59,661 nt of DNA from Bdellovibrionota bacterium (lineage in GTDB: Bacteria; Bdellovibrionota_C; UBA2361; OMII01): NCBI GenBank assembly GCA_044356215.1, contig JBIKWQ010000010.1:1-59661 (forward strand). Direction: 5' to 3'. Position numbers and translations under genes: made by a program. Shown here piece after piece: positions 39,880 to 50,130 of this stretch; the first letter of the stretch is position 1; every line of letters starts with the position of its first letter. Under the pieces are notes generated by a model that saw only the letters and a list, made by a program, of their open reading frames with translations, made no database searches and had not been told where the DNA came from.

Positions 39880-40848
39880 ATGCTCCTCGACGACCTCGAC
39901 CGCCGCGTATTATCCGCTCTAGATTTTGGACCCCGCCAGGGTCTAGCGAATCTTGTTGAGGATCTCGGGATTAGCCCACAACTTCTCGACTATCGACTAA
40001 AATCACTTCAAAAAAAGGGGGTCTTAATCGGCTTTAGAGCCGTTATAGATTCGTTCAAGCTGGGTTTTCTATATTGCAGACTCTTCGTCCGCTTAACTGA
40101 TCTATCAGACTCTAGAATCAAAAGTATCGCTCGCTACGCGCACAAAAATCCGCAGGTTCTCTGGTGCTATCAGATGAACGGCGCTTACGATCTGGTGATC
40201 TCTTTCTGGTGCCGATCAGTGCGGGACTTTGAGCGGTTGACTCTCGATTTTCTGTCGCGCCACGGGGAGAGTGTGAGCGACTACCAACAAGACCAGGTGT
40301 ATCGGCTACGTCACTGCCGCGTAGATCAGCTACTCGGTGTAGGGAAACTAAAGACTTTTGATATAGAGGAGACAGATGAGCACGTTTCTCTAGATCCTCT
40401 CGATATAAAAATCCTCAGAGTACTGTCGACGAACTCACGCTTACCGTACAGCGAGATCGCGTCTAAATGCGATACTAGCGACAAGGTAGCTGCTTATCGT
40501 ATCGAGAGGCTTGAGGAGCGTGGGGTTATTCGAGGATATAGGCCCGTCATAGACTGGTCACTTCTGGGCCAAGCCCACTTTAAAGTTTTCATTCGCCTTG
40601 ACCTGTCAGTTAAAAACATCGTTGATACTGTTACCTCATACATATACTCAACCCCAGAGATCTTTTGTTCACTAAACGGCGTTGGGTTCCCTGGAGAGAT
40701 CGACGTAGAGCTGGTATTTGAGTCCTATCCTAAACTCTTTGAGTATATGGAACGGCTTAGGAAAAAGTTCCCTAGGGCGATAAAGAGCTACCAGCACATG
40801 CAGTTCACCACTGTTCATAAAGTTGACTATCTCCCGCTTAACGGCTGA
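39880..40848 (+). CDS. Lrp/AsnC-family regulator with two tandem HTH-RAM units
   Basis: LDDLDRRVLSAL..YRLKSLQKKGVL and LDPLDIKILRVL..YRIERLEERGVI. Confidence 0.85.
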   Translation: MLLDDLDRRVLSALDFGPRQGLANLVEDLGISPQLLDYRLKSLQKKGVLIGFRAVIDSFKLGFLYCRLFVRLTDLSDSRIKSIARYAHKNPQVLWCYQMNGAYDLVISFWCRSVRDFERLTLDFLSRHGESVSDYQQDQVYRLRHCRVDQLLGVGKLKTFDIEETDEHVSLDPLDIKILRVLSTNSRLPYSEIASKCDTSDKVAAYRIERLEERGVIRGYRPVIDWSLLGQAHFKVFIRLDLSVKNIVDTVTSYIYSTPEIFCSLNGVGFPGEIDVELVFESYPKLFEYMERLRKKFPRAIKSYQHMQFTTVHKVDYLPLNG

Positions 40849-40986
40849 GTTGGGGAGGCTAATCAAGCCGTTTCTAGCAAAATACCAAGATAGCGATGTT
40901 TTGCCGTTATTGGCTAAGTACTGGTCTGGACTATCTTCGGTAGATTGGCGAAGCTACCTCACAATCACTTTAATCAGAGACGACAA

Positions 40987-42888
40987 ATGAAATTCAACCT
41001 CCACACAATAAGATCTCTCTTCCTAGCCGCGACTTTCACATCCTTAAGCGCCTGTTCTGTGGTGAAGCTTACAGTTGTTGATCCCGCTGATTCACTGCGC
41101 GAGTTCCGCCAGGATATCATCTCGTCGAATAAACTTAGCCCTGTTTCTCTGCAAGCGGTGCGGATGACAGGCCTAACGCAACAAGAAGTTCTTGAGAATG
41201 GCGTAGACGCTAAAGTTGCTCGCCAATTCGAGCAATTCGCTGACGAGATAGATCGCGCCTACATCGAAAGCGAAGTGGCGATTGGTCGCGCGCAGCTACT
41301 TGAGAAAAGCGAACCAAACAAGGCCGTAGCATTGTATCTTCACGCGGCCGATCTGTCGTTCCAAGGCTTCTTCCTGAAACAGTGCGCGCATCCCGTTGAC
41401 GTTCGCTGTGATAGCTTTAAGGTTTTTTACGACCGCGCTACACGTGGCGTTCTCTCGTATTTGGAGCGCGTTAAATGGGATAACTCTAAAATCCCACAGT
41501 TTGACCTCGGCATCGGCCGAACTTTTAGCCTTACTGTTTCGGAGGGTGATAATGTTGAGGATCCAACAGAGTACGCCTCAATTGAACCAGCCTCGTCTAT
41601 TGGATTAGAGGGATTAACAAACCGCCACAGACGCTCCGGAGTTGGCGTGAGCCTCGTAGCCTGCAGAAAGAGGCGTGAGGGAGATCGCCTTGAGGAATAT
41701 CTACCTAGAGTTGGCACATGTCTTCCCCTTACTGCCTTGATTAAATTCCCAGATAACGGCTGCGTAGGTGCCCAATGCTCTGCAACCTTTGAGTTAATCA
41801 ATTCATCAACCACTGAAAGCTATACTAATACAAAGGGTGCCCTGCCCCTAGCGGCAGATTTTACGGCTCCCTTAGCCGCGGTCGTTCAAAAAACAGGCAT
41901 GGGAGGCTGGGACGGACTCTTTGATGCCATTCAGGGGAACGAGGAGCTATTAAAAAACACTGGCTTCTACACCCTGGAGCCTTACGATGTAGGAAAGATA
42001 CCGCTGATTACGGTTCACGGACTCTTCTCAAATCCGCTTACATGGCTCGATGTGCATAACGAGCTGATGGGCGACCCAATGATCCGTAAACACTTTAGGG
42101 TCTGGCACTATCTATATCCAACGAATCTCCCGATCCTTGAGAACGCCAAGACATTTAGAGAGAGGCTAGACCAGCTTCAACATTACCTGACACAACACAC
42201 CACCAAGTCAACGAACTCTCGCGGAATGGTGATTGTCGGTCACAGCATGGGTGGTCTACTTACACGGAGCGCTGTAGTTGATAGCACTCCACTTATGGAG
42301 TACTTCCTAGAGGATCCTAAGCGACTATCGAAGCTTGACGACGACACAGCACAAGCTGTCAGGTCGTACCTTGAGTTTAAGCCAAAGCCGTACATCGACC
42401 GTGTTATCTTTGTCGCGGTTCCACATCGAGGAAGCTCAATCGCAGACAACTGGATCGGCAAGATCGGTCGTTGGCTAATATCCCTGCCTAAGACCGTTAT
42501 GCAAAAAACCGTCAGCGCGGCCAGAGGAGCAAGAAACATCTTGCGACCGGACCTACGCACTGAATTCGACGCAGGTCAGTCATCCAGTATTAGTGGACTG
42601 TCGGAGAAGAGCCCAACCCTTCAGGGCTTGTCTCGCACTACTATCTCTAAAGACATACCATTTCACTCTATTATCGGTGATAGGGGTCGTGGAGATACTC
42701 CTGATAGCTCAGACGGTGTGGTTCCTTACAAGAGCTCACACGTTGACGGGGCGCAATCAGAGCTAATAGTTCCCGCAGATCATACCGCCCACGCACATCC
42801 GCAAGCGCTACTTGAGATAAGAAGGATATTAAGAGCTCACACTGAGCCGTCCAACTTACCCAAGAAGAACGCTCGCGGCTCGAACTAA
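40987..42888 (+). CDS. Lipoprotein alpha/beta hydrolase (lipase/esterase); ATG at 40987 preferred
   Basis: Lipobox LSAC; VHGLFS, GHSMGG, SDGVVPY, DHTAH. Confidence 0.85.
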   Translation: MKFNLHTIRSLFLAATFTSLSACSVVKLTVVDPADSLREFRQDIISSNKLSPVSLQAVRMTGLTQQEVLENGVDAKVARQFEQFADEIDRAYIESEVAIGRAQLLEKSEPNKAVALYLHAADLSFQGFFLKQCAHPVDVRCDSFKVFYDRATRGVLSYLERVKWDNSKIPQFDLGIGRTFSLTVSEGDNVEDPTEYASIEPASSIGLEGLTNRHRRSGVGVSLVACRKRREGDRLEEYLPRVGTCLPLTALIKFPDNGCVGAQCSATFELINSSTTESYTNTKGALPLAADFTAPLAAVVQKTGMGGWDGLFDAIQGNEELLKNTGFYTLEPYDVGKIPLITVHGLFSNPLTWLDVHNELMGDPMIRKHFRVWHYLYPTNLPILENAKTFRERLDQLQHYLTQHTTKSTNSRGMVIVGHSMGGLLTRSAVVDSTPLMEYFLEDPKRLSKLDDDTAQAVRSYLEFKPKPYIDRVIFVAVPHRGSSIADNWIGKIGRWLISLPKTVMQKTVSAARGARNILRPDLRTEFDAGQSSSISGLSEKSPTLQGLSRTTISKDIPFHSIIGDRGRGDTPDSSDGVVPYKSSHVDGAQSELIVPADHTAHAHPQALLEIRRILRAHTEPSNLPKKNARGSN

Positions 42889-42902
42889 ACAAGGAGGAAG
42901 AA

Positions 42903-43919
42903 GTGATCGGTTTTTGTAGTAAATTAATCCTGCCGATTTTTGCTGTTTTGACAAGCGCGTGGACCGCGCTTGTTTTTAACTTCTCACCCGCGCTACCAGA
43001 GGAGTTAAGAACCCCAGCGGCAGTCGTGACCGCTCTGCTGCTGGCCGTCAGCGTTCTTTTCTGGAGGAGAATGCCTCTTTTACGCACGCTGCCACTAATA
43101 GTCTTAGTGGCGGGTATAACCTGCTGGAGTTCTCTCAAGCCATCAAATGATAAGAATTGGGTCCCAGAGGTACGCGAGACTCCTTGGGGCGAGATATCGG
43201 GTGATGTTGTAACTCTTCACAATATCCGTAATTTTAACTACCGCTCCGAGAATGACTTCGACGCCAACTATGAAACTCGCTCATATAACGTAAACGAGCT
43301 AAGTGAAGTTGATATGCTAGTGACGTATTGGGCCGGAAAAGCGATCGCTCACGTGATGGTTAGCTTCGGATTCAATAACAAAGATTTCATCTCTTTCTCG
43401 ATCGAAACCCGGAAAGAAGTTGGAGAATCCTACTCAGCGGTTAACGGTTTTTTTAGAAACTATGAACTGACCTATGTAGTAGCAGACGAGCGTGATGTGA
43501 TCGGAGTTCGCGTCAATCACCGAGTTCCAGAGGAGCAGGTTTACGTTCTGCGCACCCGCATGGCTCTCGAGAACGGTCGAAAGCTATTTTTGGAGTATGT
43601 AAACCGGATCAATAAGCTTAAAAGCGAGCCTAAGTTTTACAACACTCTTACTACCAACTGCACCACCACCGTACTTCAACAGGTCAAAGCGTTGGGTGGA
43701 GTCGCTAAGTACACATGGAAGATACTACTTAGCGGATACGTTCCAGAGTACCTGTATGAGACTGAAACCCTTATGCTCGGTATGCCGTTAGAGGAGATTA
43801 TGGAGAGATCTCTGGTGAACGCTAAAGCTAAGATTCATCAAAATGACCCAAACTTCTCGTCTCTAATAAGAGAGGGAGTTCCACATCCAACGCCTAGAGA
43901 GAGACCTATAGGTAAATAA
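42903..43919 (+). CDS. DUF4105 (Lnb-like) membrane protein
   Basis: N-terminal TMs; AHVMVSFGF, SIETRKE, YVVADERD, FYNTLTTNCTT. Confidence 0.85.
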   Translation: MIGFCSKLILPIFAVLTSAWTALVFNFSPALPEELRTPAAVVTALLLAVSVLFWRRMPLLRTLPLIVLVAGITCWSSLKPSNDKNWVPEVRETPWGEISGDVVTLHNIRNFNYRSENDFDANYETRSYNVNELSEVDMLVTYWAGKAIAHVMVSFGFNNKDFISFSIETRKEVGESYSAVNGFFRNYELTYVVADERDVIGVRVNHRVPEEQVYVLRTRMALENGRKLFLEYVNRINKLKSEPKFYNTLTTNCTTTVLQQVKALGGVAKYTWKILLSGYVPEYLYETETLMLGMPLEEIMERSLVNAKAKIHQNDPNFSSLIREGVPHPTPRERPIGK

Positions 43920-43921
43920 TC

Positions 43922-44257
43922 ATGGAGACTCTATTCGGCATACCGCAGATTACCCCCAAAGAGCTCAAGGCTAAAATGGATGAGGGTGAAGAGATCTTTT
44001 TGCTCGATGTGCGAGAGCCTTTTGAGCGTGACATCTGCTCTATCGGCGGGACGCTTATTCCCAAAGGTTCTGTAACTGAACGTATTGCCGAGATCCCAAA
44101 AGATAAAGAGATCGTGGTCGTATGTCGCAGTGGAGCCCGCAGCCAAGCGGTCGCGCTGGAGCTAGTAAAAATTCATGGCTACGCGCAAGTAAGCAATCTA
44201 GCGGGTGGTGTACTGCGCTGGGCGGATGAGGTGGCGCCGGGGATGGCGAAGTATTAA
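43922..44257 (+). CDS. Single-domain rhodanese
   Basis: LLDVREPFE, CRSGARS, NLAGGVLRW. Confidence 0.9.
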   Translation: METLFGIPQITPKELKAKMDEGEEIFLLDVREPFERDICSIGGTLIPKGSVTERIAEIPKDKEIVVVCRSGARSQAVALELVKIHGYAQVSNLAGGVLRWADEVAPGMAKY

Positions 44258-44275
44258 GACCAGGACTATTCACTG

Positions 44276-45331
44276 ATGCTCATCGCCTATGACTTCTATC
44301 ATTTTTGGGCCGCTGGAAGAGTCGCGCTAAGAGGCGGCAACCCATACGAACTCACCCCTGTTTACCAAGAAATGTTAAAAGCAGGTTGGCCGGGAACTGA
44401 GGGCTTCTTTGGATTCCTGCACCCCTTCTGGGCTTTGTGGCTCTTTACACCATTTTCTCTGCTACCCCTTCCGATAGCTATTTGTGTGTGGGAGTTGAGC
44501 ATCTTCCTAATAGTAGCTTGGGCAATCTACGAGTGCCTAAACCTCCTTCGAGACTGGCAAATACAGCTCACCACCCCTCTCTCCCTCATTTTAATTGCTT
44601 TTTCATTCCCTCCTGTATTCAATACAATTCAGTATGGACAAACAAACGCCATCACTCTTCTTGGCATCATCGCGTGGCTCAAAGCAACGCGTGCACGCAG
44701 GCAGCTCTTAGGCGGCGCCCTATTATCTCTGACTGCCATAAAACCTCAGCTTTTTGTGCCCCTTTACACGGGCATATTCCTCTCTGACTTATTATCTAAA
44801 AGGTACCAAATCATTCTCGGATTCGCCATCGGGTTGGCAATTCAGGTCGCCATATCGTGCACGTTTTATCCAGCTTCTCCTCATTGGTGGCTAAGCGCTA
44901 TGAGAAATGCTGGTAGCGCGGCTATGGATCTTCCCACTGCGTCGCTTCCAACGATAATCGCTAAGGCTACTGGAGCTGATATCTTGAGATATGTTCCGCT
45001 CTGCATAGCTTTTGTCGGGACCTGCTTTTGGATAGTAGCGATTAAGGTTACATCTCCTATAAATTTAGCAGGATTTTTACTGCCAGTTTCTATGTTGTGC
45101 TCGACATACGTATGGAGTGGATCTTTCCTGCCGCTACTGCCGGTTTACCTTATAATAATAGGCATACTGGCGCAAAGAAATGAGCGGCTTGTTCTATACG
45201 CTAGCGTTTTGATAGCGATATTTGGGGTGGCCGCGGCAAGACTTCCGATTGCTCTCGATCGCTTCTTAGTAGTCTTACCGCTTTCGATAATATTTGCCTG
45301 GAGCAGATTATCCCGAAATCACGCCCTATAA
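44276..45331 (+). CDS. GT87-family (DUF2029) polytopic glycosyltransferase
   Basis: DFYHFWAAGR..GGNPY, GQTN, IKPQL; multiple TMs. Confidence 0.8.
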   Translation: MLIAYDFYHFWAAGRVALRGGNPYELTPVYQEMLKAGWPGTEGFFGFLHPFWALWLFTPFSLLPLPIAICVWELSIFLIVAWAIYECLNLLRDWQIQLTTPLSLILIAFSFPPVFNTIQYGQTNAITLLGIIAWLKATRARRQLLGGALLSLTAIKPQLFVPLYTGIFLSDLLSKRYQIILGFAIGLAIQVAISCTFYPASPHWWLSAMRNAGSAAMDLPTASLPTIIAKATGADILRYVPLCIAFVGTCFWIVAIKVTSPINLAGFLLPVSMLCSTYVWSGSFLPLLPVYLIIIGILAQRNERLVLYASVLIAIFGVAAARLPIALDRFLVVLPLSIIFAWSRLSRNHAL

Positions 45332-45536
45332 GCTGAGCATTCGAGTACTGGAGGAATACGCCTCTACCAGAAAAGCGATCCTAGACACCTCCACCGTCTA
45401 AATTCCCGACCGCCATCAGCCATTTAGCACCCTACTTCTCTATGATTATCCCTACCAGGTCAACTTGACGGGCTTTAACGTGAACCTGTTAATGTGTTAG
45501 AGTCCCGATTGTTTAAACACCACTTTCGGAGCGGCT

Positions 45537-47129
45537 ATGGCTAATTTTACACTCGAAGAGCACGGAATTACAGTTAAGAAGATACACCGCAACTTAGCCC
45601 CTTGCCGACTCTACGAAGAGGCGATCCTTACCGAACCAGAGACAAGAATAGCTGATTCCGGCGCCTTAGTAGCCTATTCAGGAGCTAAGACCGGCCGCTC
45701 TCCGAAAGACAAACGTATCGTTAAGAACGCCGCATCCGAGAAGGATATCTGGTGGGGCAATGTAAATGTTCCTCTTGAGCCAAACATCTACGATATTAAT
45801 CGAGAGAGAGCGATCGATTATCTAAATACCCGCGAGACCCTTTACTGCTTCGATGGCTTCGCTGGTTGGGCCCCGGATACGCAGATTAAGGTTCGCGTTA
45901 TCTGCTCCCGCCCATACCACGCTCTTTTTATGCACACGATGCTCATTAGGCCCACAGAGGAGCAGTTACAGAATTTCGGCAAACCGGATTTCGTGATCTT
46001 AAACGCCGGACAGTTCCCCGCGAATCGTCACACCTCTGGAATGACATCGAAGACAAGTATCGATCTCAACTTCGAGCGTGGAGAGCTTGTAATCCTCGGA
46101 ACCGAGTACGCTGGAGAGATGAAGAAAGGTGTATTCACAGTGATGAACTACCTCATGCCGAGGCGTGGGATATTATCGATGCACTGCTCAGCTACCGCTG
46201 AGAAAGATTCTGAGAGATCAAGCGTCCTATTCGGATTGTCTGGTACTGGTAAGACAACACTATCAGCGGATCCGAAACGTAGGCTGATAGGCGATGATGA
46301 GCACTGCTGGTCAGGCACAGGCATCTTCAACATTGAGGGCGGCTGCTACGCTAAGGCTATAGATCTAACACCGGAGAACGAGCCGGATATATTCCAGGCG
46401 CTTCGTTTCGGCGCGGTTCTTGAAAACGTGGTTCTCGATAGAGAGAACCGTCGAGTTGACTTCCACGACACCTCAATTACTGAGAATACCCGCGGAGCGT
46501 ATCCTATTGAGTTTATCAAGAACGCCAAGATTCCGTGTGTCGCTGGACACCCTTCGGATATTATCTTCCTTACCTGCGACGCGTTTGGCGTATTACCTCC
46601 TGTAAGTCGATTGTCACGTGAACACGCGATGTATCATTTTATAAGTGGGTACACAGCTAAAGTCGCTGGAACAGAGATGGGGGTAACTGAGCCAACGGCT
46701 ACATTCTCACCGTGCTTTGGAGGACCCTTCCTTGTATGGCACCCTGCTAAGTACGCTGAGCTGTTGGCTGAGCAGATGGCTAAACACTCAGCTAATGTTT
46801 GGTTAGTTAACACTGGATGGAGTGGTGGTGGCTACGGCACAGGCAAGCGCATGAAGCTAAGCCTCACCCGCGCGATCATCGACTCAATCCACAACGGTTC
46901 ACTAGCAAAGGCCCCGACACAAAAGGATCCTGTTTTCGGATTTGATGTGGTAACTGAGGTTGCTGGGGTACCGAGCGAATTGTTGATTCCTAAGAATACT
47001 TGGGGTGATAAAGCGGCGTACGATGCCGCCGCCAATAAGCTCGCGGATCTCTTCACTAATAATTTTAAGACTTACGCGGCGGGAGCCTCACCTGAAGTGC
47101 AGGCGGCTGGGCCTAGGGCGGTTAGGTAG
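45537..47129 (+). CDS. pckA: Phosphoenolpyruvate carboxykinase (ATP)
   Basis: TGRSPKDK, YAGEMKKG, GLSGTGKTTLS, LIGDDEH, NIEGGCYAK. Confidence 0.98.
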   Translation: MANFTLEEHGITVKKIHRNLAPCRLYEEAILTEPETRIADSGALVAYSGAKTGRSPKDKRIVKNAASEKDIWWGNVNVPLEPNIYDINRERAIDYLNTRETLYCFDGFAGWAPDTQIKVRVICSRPYHALFMHTMLIRPTEEQLQNFGKPDFVILNAGQFPANRHTSGMTSKTSIDLNFERGELVILGTEYAGEMKKGVFTVMNYLMPRRGILSMHCSATAEKDSERSSVLFGLSGTGKTTLSADPKRRLIGDDEHCWSGTGIFNIEGGCYAKAIDLTPENEPDIFQALRFGAVLENVVLDRENRRVDFHDTSITENTRGAYPIEFIKNAKIPCVAGHPSDIIFLTCDAFGVLPPVSRLSREHAMYHFISGYTAKVAGTEMGVTEPTATFSPCFGGPFLVWHPAKYAELLAEQMAKHSANVWLVNTGWSGGGYGTGKRMKLSLTRAIIDSIHNGSLAKAPTQKDPVFGFDVVTEVAGVPSELLIPKNTWGDKAAYDAAANKLADLFTNNFKTYAAGASPEVQAAGPRAVR

Positions 47130-47485
47130 AACAGTCGCAATTACACAGAAGACGTTCGAAAACGGCCTGTTTAGAGATATTAGTGACGGCAACGATCCAA
47201 AAAACTCGGTGAGTAGTTAAGTGATTTACATCATTCGCAGAGCTTTTTATTTAAACAAAGAGGCCGGCGAGAACGGACAGAGGGAGATACTGAAGGTGCT
47301 GCTTATACCTTCCCCTCGCTGTCATCCCTGGTCTTTTTGTGAAAAAACTGTTCAGGTTTAACGAATTACCCATTTCTTTACAAAGAGCAAAAGAGATCGA
47401 CTAGCCGGGAAGGGGGCTTTACCTACTTACTGTCCTAAACCCTCTCTGTGAAGACCGATCTCCGAGGATGTGGGTAATAGTCACG

Positions 47486-47881
47486 CTAATCCACCCCCGA
47501 TGGCGATGCTCCCCGCTTTGTTCCAGGCCCTACATGCTCCACCCCAAACCGAACCACGCTGGCCGAGTAATCTACCCCTTTCAGGACATCGCTCACCCCG
47601 CTTCGACGAAGCGGCTTAAACAGATCTCCAACTATCGGAAGCCATCCAACTAGGGCAAACCCTAACTTAGTCCAAGCCCCCTCTCGCTCGTTCCTCACGT
47701 CTCGTATCGCGGCTACGGTGTCACGAGCATCAGCCAACTGCCCTACTACCGGGATCAAGCCGACGCCGACTTGTGTCACCACCTTGACCGTTGAATCGTT
47801 ATCTGAAAAATCCCCCTCAACCGCGCCTTCATAAACCGAGGTCATGAATGTAGGCGCCTCATTTCGCACTTTATCTGTCAT
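47486..47881 (-). CDS. Small protein with a pre-toxin TG-like motif
   Basis: GLIPVVGQLADARD..LVGWLPIVGDLFK. Confidence 0.6.
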   Translation of the reverse strand: MTDKVRNEAPTFMTSVYEGAVEGDFSDNDSTVKVVTQVGVGLIPVVGQLADARDTVAAIRDVRNEREGAWTKLGFALVGWLPIVGDLFKPLRRSGVSDVLKGVDYSASVVRFGVEHVGPGTKRGASPSGVD

Positions 47882-47998
47882 TGATATCTCCCTTAAAAGC
47901 GATATTAGTGTTTGCTGCTCACCATTTATTTTCGAGAGTATTTCAAGAAAAGTTGCCTCATCGCGATTTCATCGGTAACCTGTGTCGGTAACAACCCT

Positions 47999-49009
47999 AT
48001 GAGCCCAACTAAAGCCGCATCTACCATTAAAGAGCTCACCTCATGCAAGGAGTGTCCGGCATGCGTAGTAATCACCTCCCCTGACCGCGTAAGAAGGACC
48101 AGGGCTCTTGAGCACCTACTGAAACACTTTCATGGCGCTGTACCAAAAAACTTAAGAACCTTTACGTTTGGTGAGCAAGGTAAAAGCGACCCTACGAGAT
48201 TCATTAGGGATCTTGAGGAACCGTCACTGTTTGAACCGGTGCGATATGCTGTGATGCGTGGGGTCGAAGATGCCAAGGCTGCGGATCTGGAGCCGGTTTC
48301 AGCTTTTATAAAGAAAGCCGTCCACGGCGTGCACCTTTTTATAATAGGCGAGTCGCTTCCTAATACGCCTAATTTTAAGAAGACCATTGAATCTTGCTCC
48401 AGGCACCTGGCTTTTGAACAGCTAAAGGGGGCAGAGCTACGCAAGTGGACCGCGCGAGAAGTTAAAGCGGCCGAGATCTCCAACGCGAGTGACGGTGTAA
48501 TTGAGCTAATTGTAGCGCTCGGAGAGGAAGACCCAGAAAGTGTTTCCCGTCTAATTGATAAGTTTTCTCTGTACCTTGGTGGAACAGACGCTAGCATCGA
48601 GGCTCTTAAAGCTCTAGAACCCGGAAGAGCGCAAGCTAGTGATTTCGAGTTGGCAGAATCTCTACTTGGTAAGAATCGCGGAGTGACGGAAGCGCTTCTA
48701 GCTCGACTAATTAATCAGGGCTCTAGCCCATTTATGCTAATCGGATTACTTACAAAAACTTTTACCTCACTTTTGCGAATTAGAGCGCTTTTAGACAGCG
48801 GCGTTTCGCAAAACGACATCCGCGAATCAATGGGACTTACACCGTGGATCTTCTCAAAGTATCTCCCACTCGCGCGTCAAAGATCAGTTGATTCACTATC
48901 AAAGACTGTTGAAGCGCTCTTACGCGCTGATTTTAAATTAAAGGACCGCTCGCTTGGACCTACCGCTATACTAAGCTCAGTCGCGGCCACAATCGCCGGA
49001 GGACGTTGA
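47999..49009 (+). CDS. holA: DNA polymerase III delta subunit (ATG at 47999 preferred)
   Basis: PSLF motif, F.LAE.L, C-terminal LLRADFKLK; about 335 aa. Confidence 0.75.
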   Translation: MSPTKAASTIKELTSCKECPACVVITSPDRVRRTRALEHLLKHFHGAVPKNLRTFTFGEQGKSDPTRFIRDLEEPSLFEPVRYAVMRGVEDAKAADLEPVSAFIKKAVHGVHLFIIGESLPNTPNFKKTIESCSRHLAFEQLKGAELRKWTAREVKAAEISNASDGVIELIVALGEEDPESVSRLIDKFSLYLGGTDASIEALKALEPGRAQASDFELAESLLGKNRGVTEALLARLINQGSSPFMLIGLLTKTFTSLLRIRALLDSGVSQNDIRESMGLTPWIFSKYLPLARQRSVDSLSKTVEALLRADFKLKDRSLGPTAILSSVAATIAGGR

Positions 49010-49015
49010 TACCTT

Positions 49016-49987
49016 ATGAAGATAGCTTATCACGCTCTGCTCGCTGTCGTTATTATAGCATTTGGATTATCGGCTGATTCTTACGCCCAGAGACCAACTT
49101 CCAAAAACAGACCATCCAATAAAACTAAAATATCAGCCAAAGCGCGGATGAATCCGCGGCCTATCTGGCCAAATTCCAGATTTCGCGGCTGGGACTATTT
49201 AGTTGAACGACTTAAGCAAAACGGGGTCAGCGAGCGCGACCTAATTGAGATCTATTCCGATCCGCGCATGCCAGAGCGCACCTTCGTGCCATTTAGTGTT
49301 AAACCTAAGGAGCCAGCCTCAATCTATGAGGGATTTAAGCATCCCCGCCATAGTGCCTTAGGCGCGTCGTTTCTAGATCTCCACAACGATGACTTTTCGC
49401 GAGCCGAAAAAACCTTAAACGTTCCACGTGAGGTGGTGGCGGCGATTATAGTTATTGAGTCTGGTGCTGGTAAGAACACCGGCAACCACTCGCTTGTTTA
49501 CCGACTCTCGCGCTTAGCTACCACTAACGCCCCTGATAACCTCAGAGAGAACTACGTCGCTCAGAAAAAGATTAACCACAAAGTGGTTTTTGATGATGTA
49601 AGACGACGCGGCGACTACCTTGAGAGAACATTCCTGCCGGAGATTCCAGCTTTGATCGCGATATCTAAGAGAAACAAGATTGAGGTTCATTCAATGCTCG
49701 GCTCCTCAGCGGGAGCTTTCGGTCTTCCTCAGTTTCTGCCATCCGCGTATCTCCGATTCGGGATGGATGGCAATAAAGACGGTATTGTGTCTCTACACAA
49801 CGAGAGTGACGCTATCTGGTCAGCGGCGAATTACCTGGCTAGCTTCGGATTTAAAAGGGAGATCCCTCTACAAGAGAAGCGCTCAATCATCTGGCGCTAC
49901 AACAAGAGTCCGAGCTATATCGATGCGGTGCTGCATCTATCTCGTGAGATCGAATCGAGAAGCGGAGAGGTCAATCAGACTAGGTAG
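49016..49987 (+). CDS. Lytic murein transglycosylase, MltB/SLT_2 family
   Basis: AIIVIES, GSSAGAFGLPQFLPS, DGNKDG, SAANYL, YNKSPSY. Confidence 0.9.
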   Translation: MKIAYHALLAVVIIAFGLSADSYAQRPTSKNRPSNKTKISAKARMNPRPIWPNSRFRGWDYLVERLKQNGVSERDLIEIYSDPRMPERTFVPFSVKPKEPASIYEGFKHPRHSALGASFLDLHNDDFSRAEKTLNVPREVVAAIIVIESGAGKNTGNHSLVYRLSRLATTNAPDNLRENYVAQKKINHKVVFDDVRRRGDYLERTFLPEIPALIAISKRNKIEVHSMLGSSAGAFGLPQFLPSAYLRFGMDGNKDGIVSLHNESDAIWSAANYLASFGFKREIPLQEKRSIIWRYNKSPSYIDAVLHLSREIESRSGEVNQTR

Positions 49988-50130
49988 CGCTGATAATCGT
50001 CCGCGTCCTGTGTGTGGTAAAATATGCACCAGATAAAGAGGCATACAGTCAGAAACTACGATCCCCGCTTACAATCACCAAACTTAGCCGTTTCAGCGGC
50101 GCGGGAGCGCCGCGCTCCAAAAAACGCTCC

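Noticed and set aside
47276..47320. Glycine riboswitch (GGGAGA...CTGAAGG resemblance)
   Set aside because: The CTCTCAGG 3' element is missing and there is no downstream plus-strand gene to regulate.
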